Positions 1 to 5,550 of a stretch of DNA of 6,075 nucleotides are shown here, in pieces. The notes under the pieces are model-generated. The model searched no databases. It was not told the DNA's origin and worked only from the letters and a program-made list of their open reading frames with translations. The position numbers and the translations under genes are program-made. How positions within the stretch are numbered: the stretch's first letter is position 1; the number at the start of each line of letters is the position of its first letter. Origin of the DNA: a virus. The stretch lies in the IMG/VR virus record IMGVR_UViG_3300020040_000014, positions 1-6,075 of that record. One strand, given 5' to 3'.

Positions 1-121
1 GCTACATTTACATGGCTTCCTCTGGACGACAAAGAATGCCTCAGAAATCGAGGAAACATGGGGATACGGATGGGTAGATACGGGTGAATACGTAAACGAC
101 AGATCAGTAGGTTACTGCGTA
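1..121. repeat. Terminal redundancy, copy 1. It is identical to 5955..6075 and marks the overlap of a circular genome written linearly.
   Basis: Base-by-base comparison shows 1..121 (gctacatttacatgg...gttactgcgta) matches 5955..6075 exactly. The repeat lies inside a continuous ORF. Confidence 0.95.
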
Positions 122-535
122 AAATACGTGAGCAAAGTAGACGCGGCGCACCCAGGATTTACAAGCAAGGTCTTCGCATCAAAAGGGTTAGGAAAAGGCT
201 GGCTAAACAGATACGACGCAAGGCTTAACAAATTTCAAGGAGAGAATACAAGGGAGTATTACAAATCGCCGTCGGGGCAAAAACTTGCCATGCCGACATA
301 CTTTCGAAACAAACTATGGACGGACAAAGAACGCGAACAGTTATGGTTACAAAAACTTAACAAACAAACGCGATACGTCAGAGGTGAAAAAATCGACGTG
401 TCAACAATGGAGGGTGAACGAGAATATGATCAAGCGCTAAAATACAGACAAGACGAAAACGTAGCTCTCGGTTATCCTGCGGAACCATGGAATTTGAAAA
501 AATACAAAAAAAGCCGCAAAAAATTTGGATTATAA
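2..535 (+). CDS. VP4: Replication initiator protein (rolling-circle HUH endonuclease, Microviridae VP4 / phiX174 A-like), C-terminal portion. It continues from 5551..5954 across the circular junction.
   Basis: The frame starting at base 2 reads LHLHGFLWTTKNASEIEETWGYGWVDTGEYVNDRSVGYCVKYVSKVD... The HUH motif (HLH) is at 5..13. The double-tyrosine motif YCVKYVSK at 113..136 closely matches phiX174 A YVAKYVNK. The stop is TAA at 533..535. The track ORF 128..535 is only the part downstream of an internal GTG. Confidence 0.92.
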   Translation, partial: LHLHGFLWTTKNASEIEETWGYGWVDTGEYVNDRSVGYCVKYVSKVDAAHPGFTSKVFASKGLGKGWLNRYDARLNKFQGENTREYYKSPSGQKLAMPTYFRNKLWTDKEREQLWLQKLNKQTRYVRGEKIDVSTMEGEREYDQALKYRQDENVALGYPAEPWNLKKYKKSRKKFGL

Positions 536-556
536 AGAAATCGTTTTATACATTTG
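524..556 (+). promoter_or_regulatory. Candidate Bacteroides-type promoter, with -33 TTTG and -7 TAnnTTTG elements.
   Basis: TTTG lies at 524..527 and TACATTTG (a perfect TAnnTTTG) at 549..556, with 21 nt between them. This is close to the spacing I recall for the Bacteroides primary-sigma consensus. It sits across the Rep stop codon and 17 nt upstream of ATG 574. I found no other perfect TAnnTTTG on the + strand. Confidence 0.4.
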
Positions 557-573
557 CAGAAAACAACAGCACT

Positions 574-825
574 ATGACAAACAAAGAATGGAAAATCAAA
601 AATCTGCGCCAGAGCTGGGGCGAGCTCCTCCTCAAAAAGGAATCCCTATTAAAAGACATTTTGACAATCGAATACAAGCTAAATCAAATCAAAGAAGAAC
701 TATTACGTTATGGAGTACATCGTGAAATTTCTGAACTGGGCAAAGACAAAGCCGACATGGGCGAAAGTGATTATCTCGATAATTGCTTTGCTTGTGACAA
801 TAATACTGATGTTCACAAGCTGTAG
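574..825 (+). CDS. Hypothetical small protein of 83 aa, predicted helical or coiled-coil at the N-terminus.
   Basis: This is the internal ATG of track ORF 487..825, reading MTNKEWKIKNLRQSWGELLLKKESLLKDILTIEYKLNQIKEELLRYG... ATG 574 lies outside Rep and downstream of the candidate promoter. Its 3' third overlaps ORF 710..913 in another frame. I recognise no homology. Confidence 0.5.
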   Translation: MTNKEWKIKNLRQSWGELLLKKESLLKDILTIEYKLNQIKEELLRYGVHREISELGKDKADMGESDYLDNCFACDNNTDVHKL

Positions 826-913
826 CGCAAGCTACATGCTGCACAAAAAAGGCGCACACACAGATTCAGTAGAAGTGTGGATAAAAACAAAAACAAACAA
901 CGCAGCGTACTAA
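710..913 (+). CDS. Small membrane protein or putative lipoprotein of 67 aa. It is a candidate lysis or superinfection-exclusion factor.
   Basis: The protein has a basic N-region (KFLNWAKTKPTWAK), then a hydrophobic stretch (VIISIIALLVTIILMF), then TSC followed by SAS, which resembles a signal peptidase II lipobox. The short polar tail is 29 aa after the Cys. It starts at an ATG, and its TAA (911..913) is followed one base later by the next ORF start. Confidence 0.55.
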   Translation: MEYIVKFLNWAKTKPTWAKVIISIIALLVTIILMFTSCSASYMLHKKGAHTDSVEVWIKTKTNNAAY

Positions 914-914
914 C

Positions 915-1115
915 GTGAAAACAAAAAAGTACCTTCCGGTTACTTACGTAGACGAGGACGGAGTGGTATACACAAAACAACAACTAACTAACAAAATTTA
1001 CAAAAGCTATGGCACAGAAATCATCGAACAAAAAGAGCCCTACGGTGTCTACATTCACACAATCAGAAGAATCGGGAAAATACAGGAAGCTCCTAGACAG
1101 CTCAACCTCTTCTGA
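915..1115 (+). CDS. Hypothetical small protein of 66 aa with a GTG start.
   Basis: GTG 915 is the only start codon in an ORF opened by TAA 882..884. It follows the upstream stop as TAAcGTGAAA. Codon choice (atc, tac, gaa, aca, aaa) resembles VP1. The protein reads VKTKKYLPVTYVDEDGVVYTKQQL... Confidence 0.5.
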   Translation: MKTKKYLPVTYVDEDGVVYTKQQLTNKIYKSYGTEIIEQKEPYGVYIHTIRRIGKIQEAPRQLNLF

Positions 1116-1368
1116 AGTGAAAGAAACAACGGAAAAAGTCGAAAATTTCGACTGGGTGCCGCTCAAACGCGGGCCGTTCTACGCCGTTGGAAAACGAAAA
1201 GAAGGGTACACACTGGTACTGGCCGGGCAGGCTGTAAGCCCGGAAAAATACAAAACCATCGAAGCGGCGCAGAAAGCAGTGGACGAAAAAGGATGGGACC
1301 TCATCTTTGTCGCAACGGCAGTGTATCGCGACGCATGGGAAGCACAAAATCGACTGAAAAAAAAGTAG
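1009..1368 (+). CDS. Hypothetical protein, 119 aa from ATG 1009. The alternative start GTG 1117 would give 83 aa and remove the overlap with 915..1115.
   Basis: The C-terminal two thirds (FDWVPLKRGPFYAVGKRKEGYTLVLAGQAVSPEKYKTIEAAQKAVDEKGWDLIFVATAVYRDAWE) look like a folded domain. The N-terminal 36 aa are S/T/K-rich and overlap the previous ORF. TGAaGTGAAA at 1113..1122 mirrors the junction at 911..920. The stop TAG at 1366..1368 lies 6 nt before the VP1 ATG. Confidence 0.6.
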   Translation: MAQKSSNKKSPTVSTFTQSEESGKYRKLLDSSTSSEVKETTEKVENFDWVPLKRGPFYAVGKRKEGYTLVLAGQAVSPEKYKTIEAAQKAVDEKGWDLIFVATAVYRDAWEAQNRLKKK

Positions 1369-1374
1369 AAAAAC

Positions 1375-3366
1375 ATGGCAATTACAAAAGCACTCGGAGG
1401 CGAAAGGCTCGGCTCCGGAAACAAAATGAACGTGACTCTGCACTCATTCAAACGCAGCAGCCACAACATCGGACAGTTATTCAAAACTGACCAAGCAATA
1501 GGAACGCTCGTGCCGTACTTCTGCGACATCGGATTAAACGGTACGACGTACAACATCGACCTGACAACAAAAATTCGGACGCTTCCGACGAACGGGCCGA
1601 TATTCGGGCGGCTGAAACATCAAATCGATGTTTTCCATGCGCCCATACGGCTGTACATCAGGGTGTTGCATAACAACGCACTGGGGATCGGCATGAAAAT
1701 GCAGAATGTTAAACTGCCGGTAATGAAACTGCGCGCCAATCAACCGGACATGACAAAAGACGACTTGAACAGCCAGCAAATCAGCCAAGACAGCCTAATG
1801 GCGTACACAGGAATTCGAGGCCTTGGCCGAAGCAAAACAGAAGCAACGTCGTTTACAAGAACGTTTCCGGCAATGTTCATACTCATGTACTGGGACACGT
1901 ACAAAAATTACTACGCAAACAAGCAGGAGGAAGTAGGATACGTAATCACACAGGGGCAAGGGTTAATCAAATCAATAACCGTATATAATGCAAACGGAGC
2001 GCCAGAGTATCAAACAAACAACGAAAAGACGTGGCAAGAGGTAGGTTCGACAGCATTAACTGGCGAATGGAGTATAAACGCAATATTCAACGGCGAAGTA
2101 AACGAAAACACGGCGCGAAGCATAAAGATAACGCCAGAAAACGGAACGATACTTGACTTGAACAACAGAGCACTATGGGAGGCGAGGCCAACAAACTGGA
2201 CCGGCCCGAGCTCAAGCAACTGGAGATTCACGTCAAAATCAAGCTCAAACCCTACAAATTTCCAGCCAGGAGATAACGCCTACGAAATAGATAACGAAAC
2301 AATCAGCTTGACGCAATTCGAATTGTCGAAAATCGACGATATGCGAGAAGCAATTCTCGCAGCACCGAAAACAGCGCCGTTCGACATCGGAAGCCTCAAT
2401 AGCCTGCCATACACGGCAAGCGTCGCAAACGCAACAGTAAACGAAACAAACGCAAACGGCAACACGTCATGGTTCAACCAGGCAGGCCTGGGCATCAAGA
2501 CTTATCTCTCCGACCGATTCAACAACTGGCTATCTACTGAATGGATCGACGGAGAAGGCGGAATCGCAGATATCACAAGCGTAGACGTCAGCGACGGCAT
2601 GCTAAAAATGGATGCGCTGATCCTGGCAAAAAAAATCTACGACATGATGAACAGAATCGCCGTAAGCGATGGAAGTTATCAATCGTGGCAGGAAGTAGTA
2701 TACGACGAGAAAGCGCTGCGAATCGCAGAATCGCCTATGTATGTCGGCGGAATGTCGTCAGAAGTAGTGTTCGACGAAGTAGTAAGCAACAGCGCAACGG
2801 AAGATCAGCCGCTGGGAACACTGGCCGGCCGAGGAGCGGAACGCAAAGCGCGAGGAGGCAACAGCATCAAGATCAAAATTCGAGAACCGTCGATGATCAT
2901 GATTGTTGGAAGCTTTACGCCGCGGATAGACTATTCACAGGGAAACAAGTGGTGGACGAGGCTGCAAACAATGAATGATTGGCACAAGCCTAACCTCGAC
3001 GGAATTGCGTTTCAAGAACTGATCACGGACGAAATGGCTGCGTTCGACACAGAAGTAAACGCCGACGGAACGATAGTATGGAAATCTGCCGGAAAACAAG
3101 TGGCATGGCAGGAGTACATGACCAACATAGATCAGTCGTTCGGGTCATTTTCTGCATTCAAAGAACTGGCACACATGGCCATGAACAGAAGCTACGAACA
3201 CGACAACACGGGGGCAATCAGCGATCTAACGACATACATTGACCCGACGAAGTACAACGTAGCATTCGCGGACGCAAAACTGTCGGCAAAAAATATCTGG
3301 GTACAATGCGCAATCGACTGTATCGTGAGACGGAAAATGTCAGCAAAGCAAATCCCTAATCTGTAA
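1375..3366 (+). CDS. VP1: Major capsid protein (Microviridae VP1 / phiX174 F family), 663 aa.
   Basis: This is the longest ORF. The N-terminus LGGERLGSGNKMNV..H.F.RS.H....F.....GTLVPYF...L.G.TY.IDL......LPT.GP.FG..K...DVF..PIRLY fits the Microviridae capsid pattern. So do YWDTYKNYYAN, SPMYVGG, QPLGTLAGRG and IMIVGSFTPRIDYSQG, as I recall these motifs. Confidence 0.93.
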   Translation: MAITKALGGERLGSGNKMNVTLHSFKRSSHNIGQLFKTDQAIGTLVPYFCDIGLNGTTYNIDLTTKIRTLPTNGPIFGRLKHQIDVFHAPIRLYIRVLHNNALGIGMKMQNVKLPVMKLRANQPDMTKDDLNSQQISQDSLMAYTGIRGLGRSKTEATSFTRTFPAMFILMYWDTYKNYYANKQEEVGYVITQGQGLIKSITVYNANGAPEYQTNNEKTWQEVGSTALTGEWSINAIFNGEVNENTARSIKITPENGTILDLNNRALWEARPTNWTGPSSSNWRFTSKSSSNPTNFQPGDNAYEIDNETISLTQFELSKIDDMREAILAAPKTAPFDIGSLNSLPYTASVANATVNETNANGNTSWFNQAGLGIKTYLSDRFNNWLSTEWIDGEGGIADITSVDVSDGMLKMDALILAKKIYDMMNRIAVSDGSYQSWQEVVYDEKALRIAESPMYVGGMSSEVVFDEVVSNSATEDQPLGTLAGRGAERKARGGNSIKIKIREPSMIMIVGSFTPRIDYSQGNKWWTRLQTMNDWHKPNLDGIAFQELITDEMAAFDTEVNADGTIVWKSAGKQVAWQEYMTNIDQSFGSFSAFKELAHMAMNRSYEHDNTGAISDLTTYIDPTKYNVAFADAKLSAKNIWVQCAIDCIVRRKMSAKQIPNL

Positions 3367-3370
3367 AACT

Positions 3371-3565
3371 ATGAAAGACGAAGTAGCAGAAGGGCCAGCC
3401 TTCTCGAAAGAATTCGAAAAACTAATGCAGAAGATAGAAAGTCGGGACGCGGCGAAACAAATGTCCGACGAGGAACTGAAAAGCCTAAAAAGGGCAATCG
3501 ACGATGAAATGATTCGAAGGAAAGTCGTGAAACGTACTTATATCCTCGCAGAACAACTCAAATAA
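3371..3565 (+). CDS. Hypothetical small charged helical protein of 64 aa.
   Basis: The ATG lies 4 nt after the VP1 stop (TAAaactATG). The composition is highly charged (MKDEVAEGPAFSKEFEKLMQKIESRDAAKQMSDEELKSLKRAIDDEMIRRK). A 10-bp hairpin begins 2 nt after its stop codon. Confidence 0.6.
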   Translation: MKDEVAEGPAFSKEFEKLMQKIESRDAAKQMSDEELKSLKRAIDDEMIRRKVVKRTYILAEQLK

Positions 3566-3567
3566 CC

Positions 3568-3591
3568 AAGGTGAGGGGCAACCCTCACCTT
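3568..3591 (+). other. Perfect 10-bp stem-loop with a GCAA (GNRA) tetraloop.
   Basis: The sequence is AAGGTGAGGG-GCAA-CCCTCACCTT. No T-tract follows (it is followed by AATTC), so it is not a canonical intrinsic terminator. Confidence 0.7.
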
Positions 3592-3620
3592 AATTCTAAA
3601 ACGCTTTAAAACGTCTAAAA

Positions 3621-3959
3621 ATGTACAAAGAATGGATTAGCCGTCAAACACACGGCATTGTCAAAAATGACAGCTACGAGGCAGAACCGCTGGAAGTAAA
3701 ACTGCGAAAGGCAACAGAAGAAAAAAAACCGATCGAAGCGGTTGCGCCAATGATCTACACGGAAAAAAGCAAAGGTGTAATTCCCGAATACGACATCCGA
3801 ACAGACAGATTCGAAATCGCACAGGCAGCCATGGAGAAACTCAACAGTGTAAAATTTGCCGAAGCAGCAAAAACAGAAGAAATTGTAGGAGGTCAAGACC
3901 TCGAAAAGCAAAGCGGCCGAGAAGCGGGAGAAGTAAGCCCCAGCGGGGACCCCTCTTGA
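3621..3959 (+). CDS. Hypothetical protein of 112 aa, possibly an internal scaffolding protein. That role rests on position and size only and is unverified.
   Basis: The ORF is clean and flanked by hairpins. The protein is acidic and helical, with PMIYTEKSKGVIPEYDIRTDRFEIAQAAMEKL. I have an uncertain recollection of similar motifs in small proteins of Bacteroidota-type microviruses. It does not resemble the Chlamydia-phage VP3 I remember. Confidence 0.7.
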   Translation: MYKEWISRQTHGIVKNDSYEAEPLEVKLRKATEEKKPIEAVAPMIYTEKSKGVIPEYDIRTDRFEIAQAAMEKLNSVKFAEAAKTEEIVGGQDLEKQSGREAGEVSPSGDPS

Positions 3960-4000
3960 CGGAGCAGTCGTAGTAATCGCACCCATGACGAACTTTTGAC

Positions 4001-4026
4001 AGGTCGGGTTAAAATCCGACCTTTTT
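4001..4026 (+). terminator. Rho-independent-type terminator downstream of ORF 3621..3959.
   Basis: AGGTCGG (4001..4007) pairs with CCGACCT (4016..4022) around an 8-nt loop. TTTT follows directly at 4023..4026. Confidence 0.55.
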
Positions 4027-4125
4027 AACAAAATCGTTTTTGGTGAACGATTATACTTTTATAACAAGAAGGTATATTTTAGATTTTTTACAAAAAATCG
4101 CGAAAAAAATTAAACGAATTGAACA

Positions 4126-5280
4126 ATGGGATGGTTCGGAGACGCGCTCAAAAGCGCAGGAAGCGTAGCCGCTGACGGATTAACGGGCGGACTCGCCTCG
4201 GGTATAACCGGAGCAATTGGCGGCCTATTCGGCGGAATCGGCGCAAAAAAGCGCATGCAACGCCAAGTGGACGCACAGAAACAGCTGAACGAACAAGCAG
4301 CGAAACTGAACTACGAATACGGAGAAAAGGCCGCAGAAAACGCGTACAAACGACAAATGGAGATGTACGAAAGATCGTATCAAGATCAGAGTTACGCGGC
4401 AATGCGCGGGCAGATGGAAGACGCGGGCCTATCGGTCGGCCTCATGTACGGCGGAGGCGGCAGCGGAGGAGCTGGCGGAGCAACTACTGGAGCTCCGCAA
4501 GGAGAAACAGGAGGAGCAGAAGCAGGGCGGGCTGACGGTGCGGCAGCACAACAGACAGCAGCGATACAACAAGCGCAGATGGGACTCGGCCTCGTATCGA
4601 TGAAAAAAGACCTCGCAATGAAAGATGCGCAGATCGACGAAATCAACGCAGCAGCAGCAAAACAGCGAGCAGAAGCAGCGCACATCGCCGAACAGAAAAT
4701 CACGGAAATGCAGATGAGGCCGATCAGATATCGGGAACTCTTCGAGAAAGGAAAAGGCGAGTACATTCGAAATCTGGAAAGCTACTTCGAAGACGCCATG
4801 GAGGGAGGCGAAAACGACAGACTCGACGCATACGACGACATGTTCGGAGAACACTCGATCATCGGACGTCGCCTGAAAACGCGCCAGGGAACGCAAGACG
4901 TGCTAAACACGCAGGCGCAAATCTACGAACGACAGCAGAACGCGGAAGCAGCAAAGGCGCTCGCCGAACTGAACACAGAGAAGAAGAAATACGTGTACAT
5001 GGAGGCACTAGCGGCGGCAAAAAACGCGGATGCACACATGTTGGAAGCGAAAGCCAAAGAGCTGGCGACACTCTTCGATACGGGCGAATACACAAACTGG
5101 AAAACGTGGGCCGACTACGCAGCGCAAGGGGCGCAGATGCTCACGGACATCGCCGGGCGAATCATTGGCTTCAAGGCTGGCGCAAAGGCTCTTCGGGGTT
5201 CGCAAAACGCTACGTCAAAGGTGGATGTGCCTACAGTATACGGCGCAGACGGAAAACCTGTGGCGCGGATGATCTGGTAA
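4126..5280 (+). CDS. VP2: Minor capsid / DNA pilot protein (Microviridae VP2, phiX174 H-like), 384 aa.
   Basis: The N-terminus is Gly-rich and hydrophobic (GLTGGLASGITGAIGGLFGGIGAKK). It is followed by Q/A/E-rich coiled-coil sequence and AGLSVGLMYGGGG, which resembles the conserved AGLNPxLxYG block of VP2 proteins. A long Ala/Gln/Glu helical region follows. Confidence 0.85.
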   Translation: MGWFGDALKSAGSVAADGLTGGLASGITGAIGGLFGGIGAKKRMQRQVDAQKQLNEQAAKLNYEYGEKAAENAYKRQMEMYERSYQDQSYAAMRGQMEDAGLSVGLMYGGGGSGGAGGATTGAPQGETGGAEAGRADGAAAQQTAAIQQAQMGLGLVSMKKDLAMKDAQIDEINAAAAKQRAEAAHIAEQKITEMQMRPIRYRELFEKGKGEYIRNLESYFEDAMEGGENDRLDAYDDMFGEHSIIGRRLKTRQGTQDVLNTQAQIYERQQNAEAAKALAELNTEKKKYVYMEALAAAKNADAHMLEAKAKELATLFDTGEYTNWKTWADYAAQGAQMLTDIAGRIIGFKAGAKALRGSQNATSKVDVPTVYGADGKPVARMIW

Positions 5281-5550
5281 GCGCGCGCGCACGTGTCAAA
5301 CACGCGCACACACGCAACAAGTCACAACGCGCAAGCAAGGCAGGGCGGGCAACCGCTCTGCCTTTCATAACAATTACTATGCGCTTCGAAAGACGGTACT
5401 TTCGAGCGCGAGAACTGCGCGCCTAAACGGCCTGCGCGATTTCAGGGCCTTGATCTCGCGTCCGCGATATCTGCGGCACCGGAAATCATTACTCGGCCGT
5501 TCTTAACGGCAGCGCGATTTTTATATACCTACGGTGTTATCCTTATCAAT
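5281..5550 (+). promoter_or_regulatory. Large GC-rich structured intergenic region. It is a candidate complementary-strand origin and/or the Rep control region.
   Basis: No credible ORF lies here. It holds multiple stem-loops, two 16-nt alternating purine-pyrimidine tracts and an imperfect direct repeat. Details are in the findings. Confidence 0.5.
5337..5364 (+). terminator. 12-bp stem-loop (one G-T wobble) with a GCAA tetraloop downstream of VP2. It is a possible terminator or ssDNA structural signal.
   Basis: The sequence is AAGGCAGGGCGG-GCAA-CCGCTCTGCCTT, followed by only TCAT, so the U-tract is weak. It has the same AAGG...GGGCAACC...CCTT layout as the hairpin at 3568..3591. Confidence 0.45.

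Noticed and set aside
1-121. The terminal direct repeat read as phage DTRs, LTRs or mobile-element ends.
   Set aside because: The repeat lies inside the Rep coding sequence. The ORF is continuous and in frame only if the ends are joined, so it is a circularisation overlap and not a biological repeat.
487-573. ATG 487 as the start of ORF 487..825 (the 112-aa version).
   Set aside because: The first 29 codons would overlap the 3' end of Rep and span the candidate promoter. ATG 574 gives a non-overlapping start downstream of that promoter. This is not excluded, only less likely.
525-725. A 66-aa + strand ORF in a third frame (MDYKEIVLYICRKQQHYDKQRMENQKSAPELGRAPPQKG...).
   Set aside because: It overlaps the Rep stop, the candidate promoter and ORF 574..825. 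It has no recognisable features and its composition is typical of an off-frame read.
1293-1490. A 65-aa + strand ORF bridging the 1009..1368 stop and the VP1 start.
   Set aside because: It runs out of frame across two better-supported genes, including the conserved VP1 N-terminus. Its basic, low-complexity product suggests a chance ORF.
3721-3728. A8 homopolymers inside genes (1357..1364, 2628..2635, 3721..3728 and 5687..5694) as programmed slippage sites.
   Set aside because: All read as Lys/Glu codons in an A-rich genome. No extended alternative-frame ORF begins downstream that would give a meaningful frameshift product. They matter only as possible sequencing-error hotspots.
3996-4001. 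A perfect TTGACA hexamer as a sigma70-type -35 box.
   Set aside because: No -10-like hexamer lies at 16..18 nt spacing. The hexamer also overlaps the 5' arm of the terminator hairpin, and the inferred host group does not use this consensus.
5030-5426. Arg-rich + strand ORFs 5030..5272 and 5106..5426, the second extending into the intergenic region.
   Set aside because: They are off-frame reads of the GC-rich 3' end of VP2, and 5106 has a non-ATG start. The intergenic part coincides with hairpin arms, which better explain that sequence.
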